A stretch of DNA of 63,992 bases, filler included, from Gonapodya sp. JEL0774 (GCA_027604505.1; 5 parts of 5 records of this genome joined end to end with filler, not necessarily neighbours in it); one strand, 5' to 3'; positions 41,874 to 56,533 are shown, counted from the whole stretch's first letter. Program-made: numbers and translations. Notes: a model not told the origin generated them from the sequence alone.

Positions 41874-41903
41874 TTAGGGTTAGGGTTAGGGTTAGGGTTA
41901 GGG
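41874..41903 (+). repeat. Interstitial telomeric repeat (TTAGGG)5
   Basis: Five perfect units read directly. Confidence 0.95.
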
Positions 41904-42265
41904 TGCATACATGACTAGGGTGTGGGGTGGCGGGTGGGTCGGAAGTTCGGATGCATCCGTCTCCTTCAATTTTTGTCTGATCCACATGTTCTTGGTATGA
42001 ACACGTTCCTTATGCATGGGAGAATCAGATAAATGCATTACATATGGGATTGGGGGGGATTCATGAATGTGCTGGTGCAGGGGGTTGTTCTGCCTATGTC
42101 CCCTACGCTGGTGATTCAATTTCTTACTTGAATAACAAGTGTGGGTCACCAAAATGGATATCATAAGAAAGTTCATAGTCATTTTAGTGCATAATGGTAA
42201 AATGGGGCCTGAAATAAAACTCAGCTAAAAGGATGGTAGGGTGAGTTGGACTTGGCGCCTGGAGG

Positions 42266-42501
42266 AATTGTTGGACTGGATACTAATGCCAGGCCTTCAA
42301 CTCTTGGTCCAATGAATAGCTCATATATGAGTTACTGTACTGCAAAACTTGCAGAAATGGGATTGGACTTGATTCCAGGGAGCAGGAGCACTTGGAAGAT
42401 GCTAAGTGCTCCCCCATAGTGCTTAATTGTTGGACTGGATATTAATGCCAGGCCTTCAACTGTTGCGGAAATGAATAGCCCACATATGATTTACTGTACT
42501 G
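42266..42501. repeat. Diverged direct repeat, period ~159 bp, in CpG-poor DNA at contig end
   Basis: AATTGTTGGACTGGATAYTAATGCCAGGCCTTCAACT..TTACTGTACTG at 42266 and 42425. Confidence 0.8.
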
Positions 42502-42601
42502 NNNNNNNNNNNNNNNNNNNNNNNNNNNNNNNNNNNNNNNNNNNNTTAATTAATTAANNNNNNNNNNNNNNNNNNNNNNNNNNNNNNNNNNNNNNNNNNN
42601 N
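42502..42601. other. Artificial contig linker
   Basis: N44-TTAATTAATTAA-N44. Confidence 0.98.
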
Positions 42602-43848
42602 TATGCTACACTGTTGTTTTCACGCCAGTTAACTCGGTGGAGAACCAGAAAAAGCTCGTGTTCAGAGACAGTTTCAGAGAGGTCTTCTACGGAGGGCGCG
42701 TGATATGGACTGCATTTGAACAGATACAAGAGGTATTCGCTTGGAAGATAAGACACAAAATTGATGTAGCGAACTGGATTGAACAAGAGATGGAGGAACG
42801 GGCCTTGCGGAAGCTGTCATTTTCTTCCCTAGTGGACAGGCCAGATGGAGAAAGTTGGAAGTTGGTCGTCTCCGTGGCTCGTGTAAGCTTCATGGACAAC
42901 GACCCGCTATATCGAATGGTGACATTTTATGAAGTGCAGAAGGTGATGGAATTCGTGAACGCGCGTAGAATTCAAGAGTTATCCATTGACAACCTCAAGG
43001 TAGTGGATTTGATGTGGAAGCTCCCTCCGGGCATGTCAATGGCGTCAATAGACCGGATTATTGTTGGCGATCAGACCAATCGTGCTGAGATTTCTCATGC
43101 GATCATCTCGGATGTCCGACTTGGAGCTCTCATGACTCGATTCCCATCCGCAAGCAACATCATTGGGTCTCCACAGTTTTGGGCGCCGGATGGTATTCGG
43201 ACACAGGCCTCACCGAATGGGTTTGAGAGCTGGGTTCCTCCGTCACGAAGGAATCTTGTGACGTCGTTTCGATCTTTGGACACGCGAGCTGACACGGCGG
43301 TCGATTGTTCGGCGATTCTCAGTGTAGCGTCTCTTTATAACAACTTGAACGAAATTGGAGACTTGTGGGTCTATTGCGATCAAAAACTTCAATGGGATTG
43401 GGTCCAATCAAAAGAGAAATTGGAACTGCTGAGTCGTGTCGCAGGACTCAAACAGATCCAACGACTCCACCTTCATTTCACCACTACGGAAACACTCGGC
43501 GACTTCTTGGCAAGTGCTTCCAGAGCTCAGCGCGTCTCAAAAGCTCAGACTGTAGTGAAGCATCTGACAGACCTCATGCCAAACCTCGTTCACATCACTG
43601 CGACACCACATGCCAATCATCATGTCCGAAGCACCTCTATCACTGCACTTGGAGAGTTAGCTGGCGCACTTATACGTGGCGTAAAAGAAAGCTGCACGGT
43701 TGAGATCATGAAAGTTGCCGAGGCCATGGAGTTTATCCACGATAAGGATTGGTTGGAGGTGATGATTAAAGAGAGGTGGCCGAAAGAATTTAGGGGATGG
43801 GATGGGAGGAGGTCCGTGATAGTTCAGCAAGGACAGGCGAGATGGTGA
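42602..43848 (+). CDS. Hypothetical protein (>400 aa), probably 5'-truncated
   Basis: Long uninterrupted ORF starting close to the contig edge; no recognised motif. Confidence 0.55.
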
Positions 43849-44663
43849 ACGCGAGCCCGGGCGATCAAATTATTGATCCTGAGACTCATTACGGTCAACA
43901 TGATTCTCATGACGGCTTTTTCGTTTAGTTTCAGAAACAATGAGTGGACGAGGATCTGGTGTTCACAATCTTTGATCTGACGAATCGCGACATCCAATGG
44001 ACGACACAGAATCTTTGAAGCATGATCTCCCAGCTCTTGGAACGCTGGACGAATTAGTCAGTACGTCGCTCGGCGTTGAAAACACAGACTGGGCTGTAAT
44101 CATCGACTACAACAAAGAATTACGGCCTTGAGAATGACTCTTTGTATTCTTCGGCCTTTGGTTGAATTCGATGTTTAGAACTGTATGAGATAGATGATTT
44201 TAATTCGGCCTTCGTACCATGTAATGTAACCCTTGATCTCCAAGTTACGTTCCCACACCTCATACTCACCGATATTGGTCTAGCCGACAGGCAGTTGAGA
44301 AGTGCAGTGTTCTCTGAGTCGGTAACGTGGCGTCATGACAGAGGAGTGGTTTGGGGGTGAGTTTTTGGTGGGAAGTGGATCACAGCCAGACTCATGATCA
44401 GACCGCAACGAGTAAAAGAGGGCACTATAATCTGCCGCAGTTGTTAACGGCTTCATTCAACGTTCAGTGTATTCACACTCCACACTGCTTGCAAATTGTA
44501 AATAAAGAATGCCTTGATCGACCACAGGAAACACAATGACCTCACACACAGCCCCAGTTGAAAATCTTTTTCGAAAAAATACATAAGCTAATACAAGAAA
44601 GAGTCTTTGTAGTACGGATGATGCGTGATTAGTGCTCAAACCAAAGACAGTGCGTGGTGCATG

Positions 44664-47600
44664 TCACGCTTGAGTTTGCAGCGTCGCGGGTCCACTGACT
44701 CCACCTTGCGGTGGGCTTGCCATTGTCAGGATTTGTCCGGTTTGGGTTACTTGTATCCTCCCATTGAGTCCTGCGTGGGATGGAATGTCCATAAGTACCG
44801 GTAACAAGTTTGCGATGCGAACGGTGTTGCGTTGGGCGGGTGGTAAGGAATTAATATACTGAACGAGTTTCGGTCGCATGTCGGTGGTGCGGGTGAGAAT
44901 ATCCTGGAGTTGAGGTTTCGGGAGTTGAAGGAGGACTTGAAAGGATTGCGGTTGGGTGATCTTGGAATGAGCAACCGGCCCGGTTAAATCGTTGGTAAGA
45001 TTTGGTAAGATGAGTGTTGTTATCTGTCGCTATCAACTCACCCTGCAACATCTAACGAAGCCCTCCCACAAGGTTTTATCTGTCCACACTCTCTTTCCGA
45101 TGAGCCTGGTAAGCAAGCCCATGGCAAATCCAACAAGACCCTTGTACTTTGTCACCGCCTGCATAAGTGTTCGCATAAACACGGTGGGTATCTTGGTCTG
45201 ATCCACGAGCTGTTGCAGCACTACTGCCAACACTTCTTGCGTGAACACGTTTGTCGTGTCGAGACACACTTGCGTTGCCTCCACGATCCTCTTAATGACA
45301 ACACCACCGTTCGCTGGTTCTTCCATGTTGTGCAAATGTACCAGAAGTTCTGCGGCTGTGAGTACCCCTTTGTCGGACCCTCTCGTTGTAAGTGCTGCTG
45401 GCGCTGTTTGAGAGCCATCCGCGTCCACTCCACCGGCAATAACCAGCCGAATAAACGCAGCTTTAACAATTTCACGGTTAGGGGTATCACCTTCGAGGAT
45501 GTTGACGATCTTCGGAAGATAGCGAAATACGTCGACCTATACAAGACAATTGTGTGATCACTGTCGAGGAAAGAAGGCAGAATTGAAGACTAAGTTTTTA
45601 CTTTCGGCAGATACGCAATAATTGGAAGAAGCAATTGCGGGCTAAGATCATCATCGGTCCTGCTGCTCCGAACCGCGTCCACGAGCTCCTTGGAAGGCTT
45701 GGCTGCAGAAATGTTCCAGCATCAGATTGGTAAGTGCAATGATCGTCCAGAATCCTGCTGGTACAAGGGTACTTACCATTCCTATCCACCAGAACCTCCA
45801 CCACTTTTACCACCAGCTTCTCGGCACCTTTTGGTGGCGTTTTTATCAAATCGAGAAGTACTGTCGATCCCATGCCCACCGAGCGAATAAGGGGTTCTAT
45901 CTCCGTGAGGATGATACGCTGATAAACAGAAATAATTCGACAGAAAAGTGCAAAAATGCTGCGAGGGGTAGCAGAGGTCCCAGTGAAGACTTGAAACCAG
46001 CATCACTGCAATCACGCAAACTCTGGGACTCACTTCCTCAACAACTCGTGTCTCCGACTACTGAGTGCAAACGCCAGCTCCACTCGTCTCAAGATATCTA
46101 TCCTCATCCCCTCATCATCCCTTGTCACCCCTGCACTCGACCCGTCAGCATTCTCCTTCTTCACTTCACTACCGTCTGTTTCCATTGTGTCGGTATGTTC
46201 CGTTGTTGAGAGAGTGGCAACAGACTCAAGCTGCTCGAGAGCAAATTTCTCCGCTATAGGACTGACGAAAGCGTTTTCAGGATACCACCTGCGTATTGCA
46301 ATAATAGCGGATTTGCGAGTGGCAGATTCTAAGATTTCCGCAGAAATCGGCGTTACTGTGTTGCGAAAAGTAGGGCGATACACAGCTCAAACGAACTTAC
46401 CTGGCGATGAGCAAAACTCCAGCAATCCCTCAATACACCATTCCCGCACAGCTGGTCTTAGTACCACCAAATCTCTCATCGCAGACACAACCACCGCCAC
46501 CCCTACTGCGCTAGCATTCACTTTTCCTGTTGCCTTACCACCGAACCCGACCCGGGTTTCCTCCACAAACTTCTGAAGAATGTCCAGTGCTTTTTTGTCT
46601 ACTTCCGGTGCGTCCACCAAGAATTTAGTTAAAAACTTAGCCTGATCTGCAGTGGGAATGATAGTCGGAAGACGTATCATAAGGGAGTGGAAGAGTGCCA
46701 AATATTGTTGGGGTCGCAAGCGATAGATTTGGTGGAGGTACAGGATAACAAGTTCATTTCTTTGGCAGGGAGTACAGCACCGGCGATAAGCTTTGCAGAA
46801 TAATAGGTGGTCCGAATACGGTCTTACCTAGCTCTCCAGTCCTTGCAAACATGGTCGACCAACATGTTCTCCATCGCCTTTCTCAATTTCAGTTCGTCTT
46901 CGTCCAAATCCACGTCCATCCCGTCCTCTTCTTTCAATTTTGCATCCTTAGCAACTTTTAATCCTCCACTAACCACCCTCCCCACCACTACCTGCCACAT
47001 GCCCCGAGCTGTGGCAAATCGTTTGCCCACCATACTCTCTTCCGCATCGAGCAACCTCTTTAGCGCATCTAATCTGATCTGTCGCGACTCTTGAGGTGTA
47101 GGGGCAGGAGGGAGAACCAGATACGAGGAAAGGGGAGCGGAAGGTATGGAGGAAGGGAGGTCGAGTGGGAGTGGTAGTGAAGTTGGCACAGAAAGTGAAA
47201 TATCGGGTACGACCGCAGCTAGGTCCCGTTCCTGTGAGGCAGCCGAAGATGCACCGCTAGCATTTGCACCAATTGTAGGTAGAGATTGTGGGACGAAGTA
47301 TTGTTGTTGCTGGGTCGCTGGTGCAGCACCAAACGACGCCACTGATCCTGCAATCTGCTTCAACGCATCAATCGTTGAGGCTTGGTCCATCGAAGGGGTG
47401 CTTTCCCTCGTTTCACGAGCAGCCAGTCGAGGATCACGGCGGCGAGGATCGCGAGCCGATATCGTCGCTGTGGGGAGTGGAGTTGGTGTTGGTACTATCG
47501 CTTGGATTGGTGTAGTAAAGTTGGGACGGGAGTTCAAGGCCTAATGATTGAGCCACACAGCCATTAGAAAATCAGATAGAGTAGTCGAAGATCGTCCCAA

Positions 47601-49711
47601 TCCCGTTGAATTTGGTAGTGTTCGTACCTGTCGTGCTGCCGACATCTGCAGATCCGTCGCCTCCCTCAACCCCTTCACCACGACTTCAACTAGTCTATCC
47701 ACACCCACACGGGACCAATCAATACCTCCCAAGGTTACCGGTAGGGCTGGTGGTGGATTGGGGAAGATGCCAAACTGAGCGGAAAGGGCAGCTGCGAGGA
47801 CTGGAATAGAAAGAGCGGGTAGGGAAGGGTGAACGGGGCGAGAGGGGAGGGCAAAAGGGAGGGAGGATAGAGGAGGTGCTTGAACAGGGAGGGAAGGGGG
47901 AGCGAGGGGTAATGGGAGTTGGGGTTGCTGTGCTGCCGATGTCGCATCCAGCCGAGGCCTCTTGACACCCTGAGCACCCTGCTCGAGTTCTCCCCCCGAG
48001 CCATTCGCTACATTTGCTGCAGATCTCGCCCTTTTAGCATTCATCGATGCGTGCCTGGCTCGTTCCATTTCCTTGGCACGTGGCACGAAGCGCGGAGGGA
48101 GTTCCCAGGGCTTAATCCCCATCGCCACAAGTTGCCCGAGCACGTCATTCGCCCACGGTGGTTCTGCCGTATTGGAAGCGTCTGATGACGCCACCATTCG
48201 TATGCACCCTACGAGCCCATTCTTGCACATTTTTGCGTAGCCGCGTTGTTGAGCGGTCGGCCACGTGTTTGGAACAGGAGTACGGGAAAGGGAAAGGAGA
48301 AGGGTGGCAAGGTGGGGCAGGAATGTAGGGCGGGCGCGGGAGAGGAGAAGGAGGCCGTGTATAGCAGCGGTGGTGGAGGTGAGTGTGCTTGAAATGGTTG
48401 GGGTAGACGGGTATGAGTACGACTTCAGATCCCTCCGTTGCATCGATTAGGACAGCAAACCTTGGCTCCATTCGGTACCACCTCAGTCCACAGCCCCTCG
48501 GCAGATACTCACAATTCGTGGGAGCTTCCAACTTCCATCAAAGCATTGAATGCTGCGAGACCCTCTTGCTTAAGCTGTGTGGGTACGAGGTAAGGGTGTC
48601 CAGCGGGCACTGTATCAAGGGAGAGATCGTCTGGTGCGGATGACTTGTAAGAGCATGTGCAACGGAGGCGTGCGCGATTGGGACAGAAATGAAGACGTAT
48701 CGGTGAACACAAGACCAAGCATGGTAAGGGACAAGAGAACCTACAGAACCGCTGGAATGCACGACGGCAAGTACTTGCAGAACCTTTATCCCAGCAACTC
48801 GGACTCCGTCGTTCTCGGAATCGAGCAATGCGCGAGTGGTATCTTTCATTCGGGTAAAAACAGGCCATGTAGAAGAGAAGGCAGGTGGGTCGGAGCAACT
48901 GCATCAAGGAGGGGGGTGAGGACTTTATATAATAGCAAACGAGCCGATAGAACGGGTAACGCACGCTCGCCAGTACGCGGCGGGGTAGATCGTTGCGAGC
49001 CAAAGCAAAGCACGTTTTTGAATAATTGTGGAGGGGGACGAGAGGAGGGGCGCAATGACAAGTGCGGAGGAGGAGATGGCTACATATGATTCATGTGGTT
49101 TCCCGTGGGGGTTGGTGACATGTGAGATTAACATCAATGAGGGAAATAAGAAAAAAACCATGAAGAAAATCGCTTTCATGGTATTCAAGCTCCAGAGTGT
49201 CCAATGGCGAACGTCATCACCAGTACCCTCCTGCTCCACCCGCAGAGTCCACGCTGATCTACCAGCTGATTACTTCGAAAATGTCAGTGATATTTCCCAT
49301 AAACACGTCAAAAATGCATCTCTCTCGAATCTCTTAGTGCCTTTCACCTGAACGGTCCAAGTGCGCAGCAGTTGCGTGTCACTCGCAAATTCGGACAAGA
49401 TTTCCCCCGGGTATCATCATCCCCCACTGGAACTCACTATCCCATTTGACGTCCCCCATTCCTTCTATCCTGTACCCGACGTCCTCCACAAACTCGATCA
49501 TAAGAACCACAACTCCATCATCCGCACTCTCCAGCAACGGCACTATCTCCGTTACAATATCGGGTCTCGCCACGAGAACGTGTGGCTCCTTCTTCAGATG
49601 CGCTATCAGACGACTCAAGGGCTCGGCCCGTTCGGGTGAGTCGGGTGTGCCCAATGTGTCCGCCAGAAGGTGGACAGCCACCTCAACCGGCGACCCGGTG
49701 GATCCAGACAT
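44664..49711 (-). CDS. Symplekin/Pta1-like mRNA 3'-processing scaffold
   Basis: Symplekin_C signature LTAAELLVHLH..VFTQEVLAVVLQQLVDQTKIPTVFMRTLMQAV..VWTDKTLWEGFVRCC; N-terminal DGVRVAGIK, VPAGHPYL; DPR motifs. Confidence 0.9.
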
Positions 49712-50399
49712 GCGGCTCGTGAGAGCGCGCGAGCTAAGTCTAAAAGCTAATCAAAGCGAGCGGAGTGTCCTCTTCTGCGCCCTGGACGCTTCCCGAATTC
49801 ACCGGGACGAGGCGGGAAGAAACAGGAAAGACCGAATGCGCCAACTAGCTAGATTGGAGTGGGCAAACCGCAGTCACCCAGAGAAGGTAGACAGGCTTTA
49901 TATACCCCAACTTCTAATAACCAAATACGCCCGCTGATGGGTTTGGGAAGTTCACTTGTGGTATGTAGAGTTTCAAACAATGCCGTGCACGTTTGACCAC
50001 AGTTGGTTGACTCAACCCAGCAGCCGCGCGGCACTCCCCGATATTACTATTGTGCGCGGAGAGTACTTTTCGTGTATTAAGGGGTGTGGTATGAAGAGAC
50101 GAAGGAAAACGTGGATTTTAGAGGAGTGAGGGTGGGCAGGCTCATCGCCCGTACCCCGCAGCTCATTATTCCGGGGTTTCGAAATCGGAATTTGGCGTCA
50201 AAAGGAAGTGCTTTGTTATAGTATAAATTAGGAAGAGCACAGGTTGCGATTGGGGATCCACAACCCTGCGAATGCAATATCTTTGATTTGTTCAGTTCCG
50301 ATCCTATTAGTATTTATACAATTTGAACAACAAGATATAACATGATACATACATGAACTGCAATGTCGCCCAACCCTCCATTCTTCCACCCCACGTCCT

Positions 50400-51946
50400 C
50401 TACAACGAAGGCTTCACCGAAAACCGAATACTCGTTCCCTCTCCACCCGTAATCGCGTTCCTCCTAAACTCTTCGCACCCCTTCGGCAACACCTTTTCAT
50501 CTGACTCGAACAGTGCTCTCACAAAGTCCACCCACTCGAGTTGCCCCGCGTACACCACCTCCATGTGACCCATGCCCGGATAGATCGTATGTCGGATCCT
50601 GCTATCCTTGTTGAGGGCACAGTTGCGGTCGAAGCAAACCTTGTTCACGGCAGGATCTACGGCTTCGTCTGCCTCAGCTTCCACCACAAGCATGGGGCCA
50701 GCGAGTTTGTCCTTGCCGGTGGTACGGGCGCGGACCGTCCAGGCGTCCGAGAATGACTGGTTCACCCAGGTCACGTCTTTGAAGACCTGGAAAGAATGAC
50801 ATTGAAGTTACAGTAAGTGTGAATCGCCCAAAAGATAAGCGAGGTGACAAACCGTGCTCACCTCCTCAACTTTCTGACCAGCAAACAGCGACAAGCCCGC
50901 CATATAACAGCCGCCTTTCTGAATCATCTCCAATCTCTTCAAAGCTCCCTCGGTCATCCATTGAGACAAATCCACCTCGTTCTGATTCAACCTCCTGATA
51001 CTCTCCAAGAACGTGGACGGGTAAAACGAGGTGCCCCACTTCGCCATGGCATCACGAAGTTCAGGAATAGCCAACGCGCGCTGGTTGATGGCCTGCGGAT
51101 CCATAGCGGGTGCGAGCGACACCGCACCGAGAAATCCACCGGTCGGTTCCATGGCCTCGTGTTCGTTCACAGCCCACGCGGTCAATCCGCCTTCACTGTG
51201 TCCCACCACAACCCATTCGTACGTGAAAAGACCCCTGGGAAACGCAACTCGAGAAGCGATAACGGCGTTGGCGACGTCGTAGGCGTGACTGGCAGCAGCG
51301 CAGTAGTGAAATTGGGTGTCGGAGCCTTGGCCAGCGTAATCGGGGGCGATGACGGTGTAGCCAGCGAGAGCAAGAGGGAAGAGACCCACAAACTCGTAGT
51401 AGAGAGCGCTCTAACAAAAGTATGGAAATGGAAGATTGGGGTTGGGTGACAATCAGCTATAACTTAAGACTCAGTCCAGTTAGTCGCTCTTGGAAGTTCG
51501 GATCTCACCTGCAAGCTTGGAGCGCAATCCCTAGTAATGCCCGATGTGCCATGTGTCCAAACGACCGTCCTGGATGGCTCTCCAGAGTGCGAGTACGGTA
51601 CCAACACAAACGCACTGGCCGGTACTTTCACTCTGTCGAGGTCTTCAGAAACGTAAAGGATCCGGTACAAGGTTATTCCTGGCGGGTAGGAGTATCTCTC
51701 GTCTAATGGAGATCCGGAAACCTTCTCGAAGCGGAGAACATCGCCGAGCTTGGATGTTTGAGGAGAGAAGCTGCTGGGTGTGACATAGAAGGAGCTGGCG
51801 GAGACGCGTTCGGCCATGCCTGAGAACCATGCCCCGCTGCCGGCTTCATATGCAGAGATCAGTGGGTCCGACGACGGGTTCGAATAGGAAAACACCAACG
51901 CCAGCGCTGCCGCCAGAGTTGCTCCGATTGCGAGAGGGCCCACCAT
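50400..51946 (-). CDS. Secreted LIP-family lipase (alpha/beta hydrolase)
   Basis: Hydrophobic N-terminus; VVWTHGTSG..CAPS, GYTVIAPDYAGQG, GHSEGG nucleophile, ADEAV, YPGMGH. Confidence 0.88.
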
Positions 51947-52710
51947 TTTCGGACAACTAATTCGGATTGATATCCGAGGATATGTATTTATCTCTGCACG
52001 ATAAGGTTTGTTTTCGAAGCGGCGGGCCGGCGTTTGGACATCAACTTTCCGGGCGGCTTCATGCACCGCCGTTGTCTCGACGCATCAAGGGGTCCCCTCC
52101 CTGTCCCAGCTGCCCTCATACCTCGGGCTATCACCACGGGTTTCAAAATCCGGTCAGTTGTATCCCCACTGCGATAGAATCATGGCAATGACAAACACTG
52201 CGTGCTGTGCGAGGATCTTGGGCGCCACTAGTGTTCACTGATATCGGTCATGGAACTCATAACTGCTTGCCATCCCTTAAAATTTGTCGTACTTCACGAT
52301 TGTACCCCTGAGCCTGGTAACTATGCACGCATACTACATTTGAAGCGACAAAGCGAAACTCGTTCGCGCATGGTGGATTGGTTGGATTGGGGTAGGGCAA
52401 TAATTTGTGAAATGGTTTTATTCGACCGATTCCAACGACTGGCGCAAAGATCTGGTGCAGAATCATAATGGCGTTCGGAAATAATGGATCTCGCGAGGCT
52501 GACCGGTTGAACAGTTGACCCACTCCGACGGCAACCCCACAACCCCGATCCGGACAGAACTGCGCTCACCGCTTATCGATACCGACGCCATTCTCTAAGA
52601 TCGAGCCCTTCTGCTCCACACGGCTCCCGTTTCCCGCCTTTCTGCCCCCAGTCGAGTTTAAGTTCGCCTCAAACCAAAACAAACTCACCTCCACCCTCAG
52701 GTCGAACTAA

Positions 52711-55700
52711 ATGTCACCCAGCACTCAAATACAGGAGGGAGACTCCAAAAACGAGTCCAGAGTGGAACCCGGGCTTCCTGATGCTTCTATTCCGTCCTTT
52801 GATTTTTCCTCTGCCACTGCAACAGAATCAAATTTGGAGGCCTCCACCGCGACTCTCCAAAGCAACGACACTAAGTTGAAACCAGAAGCGGAGACAGCCA
52901 TTGATATGGGCCCATCCGCCGAGGCGGCTGTGAAAGATGCGCAGTTGGGCAGAGACGGCAAACTGACACCTGAGGACGAACCACGAGCAAGCTCCCCAAA
53001 ACCGAAAGATGAAACTCGGAGGATTGCGCTTGCGGTTCTTGCCCTCTCACTTGGAATGGCAGTTTCCACTATTGACGGCAGTAAGTGCTTGCCTGTCACT
53101 CTATACATTCACCTCATGGACTGATTGCGCGTTCATTCTCAATTATTAGCATTCGTTGGTGAGCAATCTCACATGTTTCACTTTGGAATATCTCTGAGGA
53201 ACCTGCGATTTACCTGCAGCTACGATGCTTCCAACAATCTCGAGGGACTTGAATGGGGCTGACTCCTATCAATGGGTGCGGTTCAAACCACACTTTTGTT
53301 TCGGACGGCATGTGTTGCAGCTGGTGAGCTTTCTTCACAGGTGGGAACCGGTTACCTCCTCACCTCTACCGCCCTGGCTCCCGTCTGGGGAAAACTGTCG
53401 GACATTGTGAGTCTCGACTTGTCCATCGTTGCCCAACAACGCCCCTCCCTTACTCAAAACTCAAACACTACCTGTACACTCGAAGTTTGGTCGCAAAGAA
53501 CTCCTGATGTTCTGCATGATTGAATTCACCGTGTTCTCAGCCCTCTGCGCCGTTTCCAACTCCATGACGATGCTTATCGTCTCACGACTTTTCCAAGGGA
53601 TTGGGGGTGGGGCGCTCATGGCCCTCACATTTGTCGTCATTGGGGAGATTATTGCACCCCGCGAGAGGGGAAAGTATATGGGAATTTGAGTATTGTGTAT
53701 CGATCATCTGGTTTCCCAAGACACAAGACTAATCTGTGTTTTGCATTTGCAATATGTTCTTCACGTGATACCTAAATTACTGACAGTCAGGGAGCTATCA
53801 CAGGCATATGCGCCATTATCGGTCCGGTGAGTCACTTCCCTGTTGCTATGGAACTCAGTGGGCTATCCTTTATCTCACACTGCTTTCAAATATTCCTATC
53901 GCCATTTTACGCAGTTCCTTGGAGGTGTCATCACTGATCATCTCTCCTGGCGATGGGGATTCTGGCTCAAGTTCGTACCTGTAACTTTGAGGTTCCCAAC
54001 AATCAAAGGATAACCTTGCGTATTTGTCTTAACAGTGTCCCTGTCGGCATTATCGCCCTCATCGCGTATCAAATCGCCCTCAAACTCCCCAAACCTGCCG
54101 GAACGTTCCGATCGCAACTCGCTCGCGTGGATACCCTCGGCGTCTTGCTCATCACTGGGGCCATCACACTGCTTCTCTTGGCATTCACATGGGGCGGAGT
54201 GACGTACCCGTGGGTCAGCGGTCAGGTGCTGGGAACGACTGCAGTGGCGCTGGTAGTGCTTCCGGGGTTTTTGTGGTGGGAGACGAAGTCCCCGGAACCC
54301 GTGGTTCCCTTGGAGCTTGTACGTGTCGACGGTTTCCCAAAATTAACTCGATCAAATTAACTCATTTTTCTCGATGCCTGCGCCGGGGGAACACAGTTCA
54401 AAAACCTCAACTACATTCTCACAAACGTGGTTTTGTTCTGTAAGTACATTCCGGCCTGGATATGGTCAATCGTCATTCGCCACTAATTTCCTAATAAACG
54501 CATCACATTTCTTTCAGTCGTTGGATGGGCCATATATGGTATGGGGTGCGTTCTCAAAGCCGTGTGCGATTTTCTGAGCCACTGCTGTTTCATCCATTCG
54601 GTCCGATCTTTCCAGCTATTTCCTCCCAATCTACTTCCAAACAGTCCGGGGCCTCTCTCCCACTGATAGTGGTGTCATGAATATACCACTCACGGCTTTC
54701 TTGATCATTTCGTCCATTGCAGTCGGTGTTGCCACCATGAAAACTGGCATGTAAGTAACCAATGGATTTGTAAGCTCTGTGGATTGATTTTAAACTAATT
54801 TGACCCATGCTTGTCATTTTTTTTGGGCGGAACCGAAATTTTAGTTACGTCCGATTCCCACAAGTTGGCATGGCTCTTGTGGCTGTCGCGATGGGACTGT
54901 TCTCCATGCTCGATGAAAACTCAGAAAAATGGCTGGAGATCATACCGCAGGTCATTTGCGGTGTGGGCTTTGGGATGACTATGAGGTGAGTCCGGAATTT
55001 CTGAGAAACAGCCCGCTGAGTGGGAATGAATTACGAAAGGCGTCCACTGTATAATTGATCAATAATCGCGTACGCAGCACAGGAACACTTATCGCTCAAA
55101 CAAACGCGCCAGGTGGGTTTCAAAAGGTGGGGAAACGATGATGCAGGCGTCTTATGACTGGCTTCATCTCCTATTCACGTCCTTGAATTTCTCCCGGGCT
55201 TGCGACTTTTCAGATCACATGATTGGTCCTTCTTCCACTATCGCCAACTTTACTCGCTCATTGGGAGCCGTTCTGGGTATCGCGGTAAGCGTTATTGGCT
55301 GAACTTGATACGGATGAAGTTCGACCTCGACTGAAAGTGTCCAATCGCACTACCAGGTGTTTGCGACAATTCTACAAAATATCTCTGGTAGTCACGCAGC
55401 TTCCGGATTAACAACAGTTGCCATGCAGTATAAACTCAGCTCTAGTCAAATTGCTGTGAGTAGGAGTTGCACAACGTTGCATATGCGATGCACGTATTTT
55501 CGCATCTCATTCTTCTCGCTCTTGTCCGTGCTTCTTCTTCGTCACTTTAAAGCTGTTTCTGGCATCGTTACAATCGGAGTTTAGTGGCGTTCAGGTGGAC
55601 CTCTCTTCGATTCCGTTGGATGCTTTGCAGGCCCTGCGGCTTGTTTATCGGCAGGCAACGGTTGCAGGCCTCCGCTTCGCGTGAGTTGTCTACATTTATT

Positions 55701-55864
55701 GAATCCATTCTTTGGCATCTCTATTTGCTAACTTTCATACTGTGAAAATGTTTTACAGCTTCATATCTTGCATTCCCACCTCTCTTCTTGGCGTCATGGC
55801 TGCGCTTTTCGTCAAACATCTCCCACTTCGGAAAACAGCTTCTATCAAGATGGAGGTGGAGTGA
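52711..55864 (+). CDS. MFS transporter, DHA2/14-TMS drug:H+ antiporter-like, many introns
   Basis: IDGTFVATMLPTI, WVGTGYLLTST..WGKLSDI|FGRK, RLFQGIGGG, PRERGKYMG, SWRWGFW, FLPIYFQTVRG. Confidence 0.92.
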
Positions 55865-56533
55865 TTTAAAATATTATCTTACTTGTAGTGTGTTCTGTGC
55901 TTTAGAGTGTTTATGTATCAGGTTTGCTTGTGTCTATGTATGTAGTGTATGAGTCAGGTCATAAATAGACTCTGCGCGGATTGACGCTTAGATGGTTCAT
56001 AATTTTCTGCCTTTAGCGGAAACACCCTCTTCGGCAGCCGATTACGTGTCTGGCGTAAGTGTCAGTCAAGTTAGTGGTTTTGATCTGTTTTTGTGTTTTT
56101 TAACGTGCTGACCAAAGCGTTCACCATCGACAGGCACAATCAAACTCTCGTTGTCCTTTGCTATTTCGATGCGGCCCCCCAGCCATGCGTCCAAGTTTAC
56201 TGTCCAATGCCGCGTCTGTGGGCCTCAGCGATCTGCCATCCGTGGCAAACACTGCTCGAGCTGCGGGACAAGAATCTCGATGATGTGAGTGTTCGAAACG
56301 TCCCATGTAATTTGTGGACGGGGTGATTGTCATTGTATGAAATTCTCATACGTACTGCTTCAACTGTCCTGGGTCCCTCTATGACCGATCTTTTCTGGTC
56401 AGATGTCGAACATGCTACAAAGCATTCTCCGATGGCGGTGGATCAACGTCCTACCTCCAACATACCCACTGCGGGGGTGATCATCGACCTAGTATACCAA
56501 TGAATCTAAAGAAAAAACAGGTCTTGCGAGTTG

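Noticed and set aside
50400..55864. Lipase + MFS (with the dioxygenase) as a secondary-metabolite cluster
   Set aside because: No backbone synthase, and the dioxygenase is on a different contig.
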